Of a stretch of 64,000 bases of DNA, positions 24,704-36,173 are shown piece after piece (positions within the stretch are counted from its first letter, which is position 1; the number at the start of each line of letters is the position of its first letter). The translations under genes were made by a program, and so were the position numbers. The DNA lies in sequence record MK250017.1; one strand, written 5' to 3'. Under the pieces are notes generated by a model. That model ran no database searches. It was not told the DNA's origin and saw only the letters and a program-made list of their open reading frames with translations.

Positions 24704-25957
24704 AATAGTCTAAAATTAGTTAAAATTTTTTTTAACTGGATTCATCACTAACCCTCTATTTGTTGGAGATATAATCTCTTCACAAACTACATTTAAATAT
24801 TTTCTAAGTATATTTAAACTTCCATTTATATCTGCATTAATTAATATATTATTAGTTACATATAATCCTCTCTTTATACGTTTTCCTGAAAAATTATAAT
24901 GTTTATAATCTGAATTACATACTGGTATATAATCATTATCAAAAAATGATGCTTTACTTGTATATGATTCTTCTTGTAAAATAACATTAATTCCTTGTAA
25001 TTTACATTTATATTTTAACATATTAATTAGTATTTCAAAAGGAATAGATACAAAATTTTGATTATTTTTATTACCTAATTTAGTCTCTTGTTTCCAACCA
25101 TTATTTTTACCTATAATTAATGTATTAATGGATTGTTCAACTAATTGATTAACTATATATTTAGATACTTTATGAAAATAATCTTTAATTTTATTATTTC
25201 TCTTTAATGATAATCTATATAATCTATTTGACTAGTTCTTATGATTTTTTAATTTTAATTCTGATTGAAATTTTGATTTTTGCTTATTATAAAATTGATT
25301 TATAGATTTAATAGGTTTTCCATTTATAATAAATGATTTAGTTACATTAGAAATACAAGTGCATAAATTATCTATACCCAAATCTATAGACATATACCTA
25401 TGATTATCAGATTTTATATTTTTTTCTTTTATTTCATAAATTACTTCAAGTAAAATATAATTATTACGAGGTACAATACGTACTTGATTAATATTATTAT
25501 GTTGTATTTTAAATTGTATATTAGATTTTGGTAATTTGAGTATATATTGTTTTAATAAATTAGGAGATAATGTCATATGATTATAAATAACAACCTATCT
25601 ACCTTTTGTTTTATCAAGATAATTTGGGATTTTCGCATTTACTTTTTTATATGAATTAAAAAATGATTTATAATTCCAATAACATAATCTTATTATTTGC
25701 TAAGATGTATTAGCTGGTAATGACCTATAATCTATTTGATTTTCATTTTGAAATTCTTTACATAACTTATAATAATTTTTAAATGATTTATCTTTAAAGA
25801 ACTATATACGTATTCTATATAATGCTTGATTATATAAATTTTTTGATAAAAAACATAAATTATCAAGTTCATTATATCTTTTATCATTCTTTTTTATTAT
25901 ATGACGTTCTACTAATTTCATATATATTATATGATATAATATTAAAATAGTCTAAAA
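24704..25957 (-). mobile_element. tnpB-only IS200/IS605-like element (element 3) bounded by 12-bp direct repeats
   Basis: AATAGTCTAAAA at 24704-24715 and 25946-25957 brackets the tnpB ORF. Confidence 0.65.
24716..25921 (-). CDS. tnpB: TnpB (IS605 OrfB, GKNNGWKQ type), 401 aa, 5 TAG codons
   Basis: MKLVERHII start, SKNLYNQALY, SIDLGIDNL, IIGKNNGWKQ, QEESYTSKASFFD, NADINGSLNILRK. Confidence 0.85.
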
Positions 25958-25979
25958 ATAAAAGGTAAAGAAATAAAAA

Positions 25980-26189
25980 TTATCTCTTTACCTTTACAAA
26001 CTTACCTATTTTATTTTTACTACAGTCTGAACAACTTATAATCATATCCTGATTCTTATCAAACTGCTTATCAAAATTTTTTATCTATTTTGCAAAACTA
26101 TACATAGTTCCATAATATTCTATATTCTATGAACCATGTCCCTATGTCCACATTCCTTTTAAAAAATAAATGTTTCTGTATTTCTTCAT
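25980..26189 (-). CDS. 69-aa TAG-recoded hypothetical protein
   Basis: Open frame with three TAG, tightly packed after 26194..26688. Confidence 0.5.
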
Positions 26190-26193
26190 ATTT

Positions 26194-26688
26194 TTAGAGT
26201 AACAAAATTGCCAATAATATTGCACCACTTCCGACTAATGTAGTTACAATACTATTAACAATATAAATTTTCTTTTTTGATTTCAATACAGGTTGATAAT
26301 TCCATATAGCCAAATATCTACAACTAAAAGGTTTCCCACTTGATGGATCTTCAACATGGTAAAATTCTGGTATTGTAACATTATCACCAAGTTTTAAATC
26401 TTCACGAAGATATTTAGAGACAAAATATGACATTTCATTTAATTTATCCATAATTTGCCATTGCTGCCCTTTTAACTGATATTCTTCGGGTATATCAATT
26501 ACTTGTACAACCTCATAAAAATTATTTGTTGCTCGTAAATTACTCTGATTAAAAAAACTATTTCTATCATTTGTTTCACTTTGAATTATTTTATGAAATG
26601 CTTTTTTAATCAATTTATCAGTAGAAGATTGATGGTAATCATCTAAAAATGAATTCCACCAATCTTTTATATTTTCAAATAGTTTCAT
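26194..26688 (-). CDS. Hypothetical protein with C-terminal membrane anchor
   Basis: 164-aa ORF ending IVNSIVTTLVGSGAILLAILLL. Confidence 0.7.
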   Translation of the reverse strand: MKLFENIKDWWNSFLDDYHQSSTDKLIKKAFHKIIQSETNDRNSFFNQSNLRATNNFYEVVQVIDIPEEYQLKGQQWQIMDKLNEMSYFVSKYLREDLKLGDNVTIPEFYHVEDPSSGKPFSCRYLAIWNYQPVLKSKKKIYIVNSIVTTLVGSGAILLAILLL

Positions 26689-26698
26689 AATGTCTATC

Positions 26699-27649
26699 TT
26701 ACATCATTTTTGCAGCCTCATCACCAGAAGCTTCAAGATACATCTCATAAAGACCCTTATGTTTTGTCTTCATAATAGTCTCAAGAGTTTCCTTACCCTT
26801 ATACAAATAATTCTTAACAGTTGATTCATTCATATTAAGCTGATCTGCAATTTCTCTGATCTTCATATCATCAACCAACTTCATTCTAAGAACCTTTGCA
26901 TAGTTTCCACCAAGTTTTTCAATTTCATTGATAGATGTATCATACATCTTTACAACAAGATCATCAGCTGAATTCGCAACCAAATCACCTTTCTCTACTG
27001 TATACTGTGTTGAATTTGTAGACATTGCTGAACTTGAATTCAACATAGCTGAATCAAACATATCAGAAATATCATTACCAACGATATTTTCCTTATTACG
27101 CTTGTTAATTTCACCAAGACACAAGTTTCGACAAATAGTATAAAGCCATGTACTGAACTTTGCCTTCTCAATATCATACTTATCACGAAATTCCCATGCA
27201 CGTGTAAAAGTCTGAATAGCCATATCATCTGCCATATCCCAATCATGCATAAACTTAAATGCATGACCCTTTACACCAAAATAGAAACGCTCCCAAAGTT
27301 TATTGAAATTATCATGTGTAGGATTATCAACAAACTTCTTTACAAGAATAATATCATCCTCAAGTTTCTTCTTGCTCTTAGAAGACATTTTCTTCAACTT
27401 TTCAATTTGCTTCTTATCCTTCTTGTCCAATGCAATAATAGAACTATTAATTGCATCATCATCAAGATTGAACATTTCATCAATTTCATCTTCTGTAATT
27501 CCTGCTGTCTTAAGAACATCAAGATTTACGTCAACATCCATAGAATTATTGATAGTATAATTCTTTCCAGTATTTGTAACTGAATCAATAGCGTAATTGT
27601 CGTTGTTCATATATTCGTCATTAAACTGATTTTGCATTGCGATTACCAT
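26699..27649 (-). CDS. Phage-encoded sigma-70 family (ECF-like) RNA polymerase sigma factor
   Basis: Region 2 (ADDMAIQTFTRAW..KYD..KAKFSTWLYTICRN) and region 4 HTH (MKIREIADQLNMNESTVKNYLYKGK); acidic N-terminal extension. Confidence 0.85.
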   Translation of the reverse strand: MVIAMQNQFNDEYMNNDNYAIDSVTNTGKNYTINNSMDVDVNLDVLKTAGITEDEIDEMFNLDDDAINSSIIALDKKDKKQIEKLKKMSSKSKKKLEDDIILVKKFVDNPTHDNFNKLWERFYFGVKGHAFKFMHDWDMADDMAIQTFTRAWEFRDKYDIEKAKFSTWLYTICRNLCLGEINKRNKENIVGNDISDMFDSAMLNSSSAMSTNSTQYTVEKGDLVANSADDLVVKMYDTSINEIEKLGGNYAKVLRMKLVDDMKIREIADQLNMNESTVKNYLYKGKETLETIMKTKHKGLYEMYLEASGDEAAKMM

Positions 27650-27689
27650 ATTCTAAATTATTTTTTATATTATTAATTAATGAATTTGT

Positions 27690-28763
27690 CTACTTTTTAC
27701 CAAATATGTAATTCTCTATAAAAGGATTTACTATATTCAGTTGATAGTCTAATGAACACCATAGTGGTGTTTTCACTCTTTTATTTCTGAACACAAGAAA
27801 TAAGAATTTCAATATCGTTGGATATTCTATATCTTCCATTCTTGATGGAAACATATAATAATATTTCGATATTAGTTTAATATTTATTTCTTGATTTCTC
27901 AAAATCTCAATATTTTTCAAAATATTTTCGATGTCCGAAAAGTCTTTATTTATGATCTCTAATGCCAGATATAACTGACATATTTTCTTAACAGGATTGT
28001 AATCTTCAGTATAATTTAAATAATTATTATTAATGAACAAGTCATAAATATTCTCAAGATTTATAGCTTGTTTCATATTCTTTTCTTCATCTAAATGTTC
28101 CATAATTTTTTCATGAAACATTGGTGATTGAACCTTTACAATTCTGTTTATATTCTCAATATCTGTATGTTCATTAAATGTAAGAACGAATCCCTCCACA
28201 TTTTTTGAATCTATCTTATCATCCAACAAACTTAAAATTTGATACCATATCTTCTCTGTATCACATTTATTTTCCATCAGTGATAAAATGTATGATTCAT
28301 CAAAATAATCGTCATACAGGAGATTTATGCAACTAATATCGAGAAGTTCACTAATCTCTTTCAAACGACATTCAGGAAGAACACATCCAAACATATCATA
28401 ACCCGATAGAAGAACAATATCATTCTTATATTCACCATTATATTTAATAATGTGATTATCTTTGTTTCTATCAAATATTTCGAAATTCAATATTTCTATA
28501 TCAGATGGAATCTTATCTTCATTCTTATGAATAATGTTATATGCATTATTATACATATTATTCATAATGAGATCAAACTCATCAATGATATTTTTTGATG
28601 GTATATATGGAGCATTTGGACGCTTACCATACATCACCTTATTTTGATGCTTATAATATTGAAATGCAGAACCATCAACTTTTTCAGTTATTTGACAGTT
28701 GCAACTCAATATTTCTTTAACAGGTAATCTCTTACTCTGTAAAAACTGATATAAATGTTGCAT
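27690..28763 (-). CDS. RNA ligase-like nucleotidyltransferase (357 aa)
   Basis: Motifs I TEKVDGS, III NFEIF, IV VEGFVL, V IVKVQS; ends at a TAG whose status (stop or Gln) is ambiguous. Confidence 0.65.
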   Translation of the reverse strand: MQHLYQFLQSKRLPVKEILSCNCQITEKVDGSAFQYYKHQNKVMYGKRPNAPYIPSKNIIDEFDLIMNNMYNNAYNIIHKNEDKIPSDIEILNFEIFDRNKDNHIIKYNGEYKNDIVLLSGYDMFGCVLPECRLKEISELLDISCINLLYDDYFDESYILSLMENKCDTEKIWYQILSLLDDKIDSKNVEGFVLTFNEHTDIENINRIVKVQSPMFHEKIMEHLDEEKNMKQAINLENIYDLFINNNYLNYTEDYNPVKKICQLYLALEIINKDFSDIENILKNIEILRNQEINIKLISKYYYMFPSRMEDIEYPTILKFLFLVFRNKRVKTPLWCSLDYQLNIVNPFIENYIFGKK

Positions 28764-28801
28764 ACAATATATTATTCTACTTTACTTGTTTATTAACAAT
28801 G

Positions 28802-28809
28802 CAAAGATA
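28802..28809 (-). promoter_or_regulatory. Bacteroidetes-type -7 promoter element TATCTTTG
   Basis: TAnnTTTG match about 40 nt upstream of 28763 start. Confidence 0.65.
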
Positions 28810-28931
28810 CATCTTTTAAGTCAAATAAAAAAACATATAATTAAAAAAGTCTATATTACTAACATCTTTTAACAAATATAGGAGATTGAAAATATTAAAT
28901 CTCCAATCTCCTATATAATAATCATTATAAA

Positions 28932-30827
28932 TTAAATTAATGTTGGTGTATAACCACATTCTCTCTGTCTATTTCTTAAATAAATTAATCCGTCTTCTCG
29001 ATTCATTGTATTCTCAAATTTACAATATGTCTTTGTTTCTTCATTAAGTTTAAACCATTCTTGCTTACTATATTTAATAGGATGAATAAATTTATCATAA
29101 TATTCATTCATCATCTTATTATATAATATATCTAATGATTCTTTATTCAATTTCCATTTTGTTTGAATATCTCGCATCTTCTTAATATCATATTCAAGTC
29201 TATCAGAAACACTATATGTTCTCACTTGAATTGCAATCTGAGAAAAATCATATTCTGATGGAATATCTTTATCTATCAATAATGAATCTTCAAAAGAATG
29301 AATATAATTAGATTGTCTAAGTTTAAGTCTCATTAATCTCTTATTCCATAATCCAAATATTAAATTATCATCACATCCTAAAACTTGCAGTTCAAATTTA
29401 ATAGGATTATCGCCAGACATTTTATCTAATATATCGATATTTCTTTTTGAGAATACCATAAGTTCACCTCCAGCATATATATTAAATGCTGACCAGAAAC
29501 TTCCATACATTCTTCCTGTAAATATTTGTGAATCATCTTCTTGATATGCAAGGAATTCATTCATTAATGGAAGATTTATCCATGTTGAATTATTGGTTCT
29601 GATTAAATAATCATAATTTATATTTAATTTCTTTAATTCTCTAATAGCAAATATTGTTTTTGAATATGTATGATATAAAGCATCTTCATCCCGCGTATAT
29701 TCTCTCTTTATATAAATCATATGATTACTTTCATCTACATGTGTATCTTCACCTTCTTTAGCATCAGTATAAACCCAGAAATCAATATTCATATTATCAT
29801 CGATATTTGTTTTCCATGTTTCCTGACATACTTTTTCAAGTTCATTATATACTGGTTTATCCATACACATAGACAAAACAATAAGTTTCTTGTAATTCTT
29901 AACTTTTCGTAATCTTGTGTTATAATCAACCTTAGGATGAATATATTGTTTAGGGAATGCCTTAACATCTACTGTATTACCTGGTGTATTAAACAACATC
30001 AAAGCCTGTGCCTTATCACAACTTTCATCAAAATTATTAAATGAATTAACAGCTCTATCAATTAAATCATCATAATTATCAAAACATTTTTTTGATGACC
30101 ACATTTCAAGTTTCTTTCGGATGTCTGCACGAAGCCAGCTCAAATGATGCATTTTAACTTCATTCCATTTAAATACATGGTAATCTACTGTATATTGTTT
30201 AATCTTATGAATTTGACCATCTCTTCCGACTACGTTTTCTACTCCTGAATACGGTCTTACAAAACGTCTTGTAGGATCAGAAGGTAAAAGGAAATCAGTA
30301 CATTCAAATGAATGTCTATATTCTACTCTTGTAACAAAAGGTACATACATACCATCTTTAAACGGATATACTAAGAAATGTTTATAATCATGATAATAAT
30401 TTATATACTGACAATATGTAATAGGATAATTATTATCGTCTATAATTTTACATGCACTATCAAATGCTTTCTTTGTATAATATTCATCTGAATCTATTAC
30501 AATCGCATGTGTACAACCATTATCCTGAGCATCTTGAATTAACATATTTCTTTTATCTGTTTCCTGTTCTCTTGCAGGTTTTGTTGTATCTAACTCAACT
30601 TCAACAATATTATCAACTAATTTATCTTCATCACGTAATCGGAATATTTCCTGTAAATCAATTTCAGAAATTTTATCACCATGATAAGATAATCTCTACA
30701 ATCCAATGGAAACATAATCAACAGAATCTCTAAGTTCAGAAATAATATTATAAAGATGTTCTGTTCCTTCAAATGCAATAATTAATAAACCTAATTTCTT
30801 TATGTTCTTATAATTTGTTCTCTACAT
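28932..30827 (-). CDS. Two-domain glycosyltransferase-like protein (631 aa)
   Basis: N-domain with IVIDSDEYY (DxD, GT-A) and C-domain with YSKT..AI, YDYLIRTNNSTWINL (GT31/galactosyltransferase-like); starts ATG TAG. Confidence 0.65.
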
Positions 30828-31131
30828 TATTATTTTAACTGATTATGTTTAATTTATACTATATATTATACTTATATATTATTATAAAGTTTATATTTAA
30901 TTAAAAAAATTTATAATAAAAATGTAGACTTTTTTCACAAAAGTAAGTAAAATAATTACTGGTAATTTGGGAATCTAAGATATTTAAAGAAAATCTAATA
31001 TTTAGTAATAATTATTTAATATTATTTAGAATTTGTATAAATTAACATATAAATAATATTGATTATCAATTAGTTATAAATTATTTTTAATTTTTATTAA
31101 ACTTTTTTCACAAAAATGTAGACTTTTTCAC

Positions 31132-31259
31132 NNNNNNNNNNNNNNNNNNNNNNNNNNNNNNNNNNNNNNNNNNNNNNNNNNNNNNNNNNNNNNNNNNNNN
31201 NNNNNNNNNNNNNNNNNNNNNNNNNNNNNNNNNNNNNNNNNNNNNNNNNNNNNNNNNNN
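31132..31259. other. Assembly gap (N run)
   Basis: 128 N. Confidence 0.99.
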
Positions 31260-31342
31260 AATAATTTTTCTTTGGTTCTTTCTTTTTTGAAGGTAGATCC
31301 TTTCAGAGAATAAATATAGTAAATATTTTTTTTAATTTAATA

Positions 31343-32218
31343 ATGAAATTTGGCTTTGATAAATCTATTAATGAAAAATTATCTTTTTTATATGAAACAT
31401 TATTTGATGATTATGATGATATTGTTTCAGATGATAATTCATCAATAGAATCATTATATGATCTAGAATCATAGTTTAATGAACTATTATAGGAATGGAA
31501 AAAAATTGGTTTATTTAATAAACAATATAGTTAGGAACGTTATATTGAACTGTTAAAAGAAAATTCAAAAATAAATGATAATAATGAAATATATATTTAT
31601 GCATTAGCTTTATCATTTGATAATTAGTAGATATTTGATAAATTTCTTAATTCATTTGAAAATTATACACTTAATTTCGATATTAAATATTTAGAATTAG
31701 ATTTTACATTTCATAGAAGAATGAAACCAAAATTACATTTTTCTTTTAATAATATTCCTGATAATTTAAATATTACATCATTATAGGTATTTGGTGGTAT
31801 AATAGATGATTTATCAGGATTAAATAAAGATAAATTATTAAGATTATCATTTAATAATTCTTATGTTAAAACTATAAATGGATTAGGTTCAAATTTATAG
31901 AAATTAACTTTTGTATATGATACTGATATTGAATCTGTAACTGATTGGTCTAATTTAAAAAATATGAATTTGTTATAGTTAGAAGTTGACTATACAAGTT
32001 GGGAATTTATTGGTATAGAACATTTATTACATTTTAATAATATGCCAGAAGAAATAATAAATATACCAAGAGTTTTATTCATTAATCATGCTGCATTTGG
32101 TAAATTAAGATATTATAAAAACTATATAAAGAATATGTTTATTACTGATAATCCTTAGATTAAACCAAAAATAAGAAATTTAATAATAAACAAATTAAGA
32201 GAGATTGTTAATTACTGA
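31343..32218 (+). CDS. 291-aa TAG-recoded LRR-like protein
   Basis: Open frame with TAG=Gln; LYETLFDD N-terminal motif; short repeats DDLSGL, KTINGL, VTDWSNL; missed by track. Confidence 0.65.
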
Positions 32219-32248
32219 CATAATTTAAATAATATAATTATAATTAAT

Positions 32249-32803
32249 ATGAATGAAAGTTATAAAAATCAACATAAACCATCAAAAAATTCAAGATTTA
32301 AACAAGGATATTTTCATCCACAAAATCCATAGAAGTGGGTTACTAAAACTAATGAATACCGTTCGAGTTGGGAATTTCATTTCATGAACTGGGCAGATAG
32401 AAATCCTTAGGTTTTAAGAGTTGGATCAGAACCATGTGCAATTTAGTATAGAGATCCAGTAGCAAATTTAGAGTATTGTCATAAGCATAATTTAGACCCA
32501 AATAATCCATAGAACTGGAAAATAAGAAAATATTATGTTGATATGTGGGTTGAGTTTAAAAAGAAAGATGGAGACGTTATAAAAGTATTCATTGAAATTA
32601 AGCCATATGCTCAAACTATTAAACCAGAACCATTAAAACCTGGTGCTAAGTTAAAAGAAGTTAACCGTTATAATAGAGAGATGAAAACATTCTTAACTAA
32701 TTAGGCAAAATGGCGTGCTGCTAATTATGAATTTAAAAAAAGAGGCTGCAAATTTTTCATTTTCACGGAAAAAGAATTAAGTGATAAACTACATCTATTT
32801 TGA
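32249..32803 (+). CDS. Head completion nuclease, T4 gp4-like (184 aa)
   Basis: YRSSWE, D.NP.V...SEP, EIKP..QT, TN(TAG)AKWRAA; the TAG sits at the conserved Gln of NQAKW. Confidence 0.9.
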
Positions 32804-32830
32804 CATAAATTAAATATAGATTATGTATAT

Positions 32831-33739
32831 ATGAATACAAATATTAAGAAATTAGTTGAATCCTTATTTGATGATGATATTTTAACAGGTATGACAGATG
32901 ATGATATTTCAAAACAACTTGAAAACAACATGTTTTCTTTAAATGAATTGAAATCATTATTAGAACAATTACATGATCCAAAAAATACCTTATTTAAACA
33001 TAATTTATTGTCATGTGAAAATTTAATTAAATTATCAATTAAATCACAAGAAGGAAACGGTATATATATTCCTATAATAACTATATCATTATATGAAAAG
33101 AATATAGATATATTTAAAGATATTTTTGATATATTATATGAGTATAATGTAAGATTAGATGTTAATTCATTAATTTTTATATTAGAGAATAAAACTGATA
33201 ATTTTTATTCTATTAAAGAATTATTGGATTTAACAAAGTATAATGATATATTAAGAATCCAGGATTTTTCTGTTAATTATGGTAAGTTAAAAAATTTAGA
33301 AGGATTTCCTAAAATATGGGGTGAATATGATTTTCAATGGATAAGTGAAATAACATCATTTAAAGGATTTCCTAAAAATGATTATAATATATCTTTGTAT
33401 TTTTGGGGAAGCTCTTTACCAAATGATTGGTCAGGATGTCCAACACAATTACAGAATTTAAGATATGAGTCAAATATTGAACCTGTAGATGAAAATGATA
33501 TAGAAGATATAAAGAAACAAATAGGTTCATTAACCAATATACCATATGATTTAACATTTGAATTAAATAATCCTAATAAAATAGGATATAATTTTGTTGG
33601 TGGATCATTAATAAATCCAAAATGGAAACCAGATGTTAAAAGAGAAATAAGAAGTTATATAGGACAATGTTTGAAATCTCAATATAAGAATATAATGGGA
33701 TTAAAGAAAAGAATATGCAATAGTGAAAAATCTATTTGA
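32831..33739 (+). CDS. 302-aa LRR-like protein
   Basis: LVESLFDD N-terminal motif; repeats LKNLEGFP, ITSFKGFP, DWSGCP, GSLTNIP. Confidence 0.65.
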   Translation: MNTNIKKLVESLFDDDILTGMTDDDISKQLENNMFSLNELKSLLEQLHDPKNTLFKHNLLSCENLIKLSIKSQEGNGIYIPIITISLYEKNIDIFKDIFDILYEYNVRLDVNSLIFILENKTDNFYSIKELLDLTKYNDILRIQDFSVNYGKLKNLEGFPKIWGEYDFQWISEITSFKGFPKNDYNISLYFWGSSLPNDWSGCPTQLQNLRYESNIEPVDENDIEDIKKQIGSLTNIPYDLTFELNNPNKIGYNFVGGSLINPKWKPDVKREIRSYIGQCLKSQYKNIMGLKKRICNSEKSI

Positions 33740-33806
33740 TATAATTAATAATCACAAGAGTATGTTAAAAGTATTCTTGTGATTTTTTATTTTCATATAT
33801 TTTATG

Positions 33807-33814
33807 TATCTTTG
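33807..33814 (+). promoter_or_regulatory. Bacteroidetes-type -7 promoter element TATCTTTG
   Basis: TAnnTTTG match upstream of early-gene run starting 33845. Confidence 0.65.
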
Positions 33815-33844
33815 TGGTATAAAAAACAATTTAAAATTATATTA

Positions 33845-34144
33845 ATGTTATTTTATAGATTTGGTGATATTCCTGAAGATGAATGCTCATCTATATGGAA
33901 TAATAATGATGAAGTAATAGGTAAAGAAAAAGGTGTTTCCGTTTATGAAGCTCATAAAAATATAAATGGAGAATATACTCCTGTTATTCCATTTCCGACA
34001 AATGAAAAAGCATTTAATGATTTTATATATCATATAGGATATTTTACTGGTAACAAATATTTAGTAACCGGTGATTTGTTAGATGAAACCGGTACTGATG
34101 GTGAACCGTTAATTAATAATGTTAAAATAATAAAAAAATTATGA
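33845..34144 (+). CDS. Hypothetical protein
   Basis: ATG start MLFYRFGDIP within track ORF 33779..34144. Confidence 0.65.
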   Translation: MLFYRFGDIPEDECSSIWNNNDEVIGKEKGVSVYEAHKNINGEYTPVIPFPTNEKAFNDFIYHIGYFTGNKYLVTGDLLDETGTDGEPLINNVKIIKKL

Positions 34145-34368
34145 CACAGAAAGAAAGATACGATAAGATTTGTGAACTTGTTGATGTAGTAGATGATATT
34201 AAAGATAAACTTTGGAATATTGTCTGGGAGGCACAAGAAGGAAATTTTAAGGATCATTTTGATAATCTTCAAAAAGCAGAGAGAGTTGCAATTATTGGAA
34301 TTTTGAATGATGCAGCTAGACTTTCATCCTCAATAGGACAATATCAGCATTGGTTTGAAGAAAAATAA
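34141..34368 (+). CDS. Hypothetical protein (75 aa)
   Basis: ATGA overlap with previous gene. Confidence 0.7.
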   Translation: MTQKERYDKICELVDVVDDIKDKLWNIVWEAQEGNFKDHFDNLQKAERVAIIGILNDAARLSSSIGQYQHWFEEK

Positions 34369-34441
34369 ACATTTACTATATTTTATAGTATAATAAGTAG
34401 ATATTGCATAAGATTACTAATTTATTTTATAATAATTAAAT

Positions 34442-35218
34442 ATGAAGGAAAAAGAAGTACAAACAAAGGAATTATATCCATTTATTAGTGATGCTATTAA
34501 GAAAATGGATATTAGTCTTGAAAATATTCAATGGGCACATAAAATTATTACGAATAATACTGCTGGATATTTGGATGATATTAATAAGATTCAAAAGTAT
34601 GTTGAGAATATTATTGATAATGCATGTTCCGTATTTCGTGAGAAGATTACAAAAGAATTGTCATTAGATGATTTACTTTTGTATGCTCAGGTTGCAAAGA
34701 CATCTCAAGACTTTGATAATAACAAGAAACGAACATCTTTTTTTGATAAAAAAATACAGGATATTACAATTAAAGACATTGATTTAATTAATAGTACGGG
34801 TACAAGTACATATAAAGCTATTGAACAAGATTTATTTGGTAATTCTACTAAAGCTCCAGAAATTCAGAAAAGATATTGTACAGGTAGATCAATAGCAAGA
34901 AAGGTAAAAGATACCATTAAACTTTATGATAATCTTAATGATGTACCTTGCCCTGTTGGAAAACAAGCAGTATACCGTTTAGCTGTATGTATACCTAAGA
35001 GGTTTAATAAGGTAAATTCATATAAGAGACCACTTATATATGGACGAATTCCTACAATGTATTTTATTTCTGATAATAGAGATAGAGATTTCATTATTGC
35101 CAGAAATAATTTTACCAAGTTAATTAGAAAGAAATATTATGATGCTCTTCGTGAATATGAAGAAAAGTATGTACCTATTGGACATGATATTTCTATGAAA
35201 AAAATAAGTGTATTATGA
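34442..35218 (+). CDS. Hypothetical protein (258 aa)
   Basis: Long TAG-free ORF. Confidence 0.75.
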   Translation: MKEKEVQTKELYPFISDAIKKMDISLENIQWAHKIITNNTAGYLDDINKIQKYVENIIDNACSVFREKITKELSLDDLLLYAQVAKTSQDFDNNKKRTSFFDKKIQDITIKDIDLINSTGTSTYKAIEQDLFGNSTKAPEIQKRYCTGRSIARKVKDTIKLYDNLNDVPCPVGKQAVYRLAVCIPKRFNKVNSYKRPLIYGRIPTMYFISDNRDRDFIIARNNFTKLIRKKYYDALREYEEKYVPIGHDISMKKISVL

Positions 35219-35745
35219 TTGGAGCATATATTTTATTTTTATTTTTGTTTATATTGTCATTCGGTATAACATCAGTAATAATATTGTCACTTAATACTTT
35301 ACATAGTGATAGAAGAGATGAAGGACATTCAACATGGTTTTTGAAGTTGGTCATATTATTTATGTGTATTGCATCATTTAAGATTACATATAATATTATT
35401 GATAAACCGAATACATGGTTTTGTACAGATGAGCCAATTGCAACAAATAAAAATATGGAAACATATGTTTATTATAATTTCTTTCAAACTGATTCTGTAG
35501 TAAAAGAAGTACATAAATTTGAATATATAAAAGCAATAATTACGCATGAAAAAATGCAAGATGAAGGTGATGAAGGTTCATCACATATGCATATAGATGT
35601 GAAGTCTGCAGATGGAAATTATTTTATTAAAGATTATTGTACAAGATTTGAAGATTTACCATATAATGAGTTTAAGAAGCGTATTGCATTTAGGAAAGAA
35701 TATTGGCCAGATGTACATTATGAATTAATTTATTTTAGTAATTAA
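35215..35745 (+). CDS. Membrane protein (two N-terminal TM segments)
   Basis: Hydrophobic stretches; ATGA overlap. Confidence 0.7.
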   Translation: MIGAYILFLFLFILSFGITSVIILSLNTLHSDRRDEGHSTWFLKLVILFMCIASFKITYNIIDKPNTWFCTDEPIATNKNMETYVYYNFFQTDSVVKEVHKFEYIKAIITHEKMQDEGDEGSSHMHIDVKSADGNYFIKDYCTRFEDLPYNEFKKRIAFRKEYWPDVHYELIYFSN

Positions 35746-35749
35746 AATT

Positions 35750-36166
35750 ATGAGTATATTTGTAAATTTTTTAATATTCATACATTTAATTCCAGCATTT
35801 CTTGTATTTTATATATATTATATTATTCCATATCTTGAATTAAAGAAAGGTGCATCTCTTAATGATTATGTAAATGCTGTAGAATTTGATGGAATTCCTG
35901 CATTAACTGTATGTACATTATTACCAATATTTAATTGGATAATAATTAAGAGTTATTTTGACCCTGATGATTATGCAGATAGTAGAAGCTGTAAAGATTA
36001 TGAGAAAGCCTGTAAGATAAGAGATTATTTACTTAAATTAATCGTATGGTTATATAGATTTATTGCAGAATTTATAACTGCAATATGGATGTTAATTGTA
36101 TGGATGTTTGGATTAAAATATGTATTTAAAGTTATTAGAAAAATTTTAACATTTAAAATAAAATAA
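35750..36166 (+). CDS. Membrane protein
   Basis: Hydrophobic segments, operon packing. Confidence 0.7.
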   Translation: MSIFVNFLIFIHLIPAFLVFYIYYIIPYLELKKGASLNDYVNAVEFDGIPALTVCTLLPIFNWIIIKSYFDPDDYADSRSCKDYEKACKIRDYLLKLIVWLYRFIAEFITAIWMLIVWMFGLKYVFKVIRKILTFKIK

Positions 36167-36173
36167 AGATATT

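Noticed and set aside
27690-27692. Read-through extension of the RNA-ligase-like gene past its TAG
   Set aside because: Extension would overlap the sigma gene start and adds no motif; left unresolved with TAG as the end
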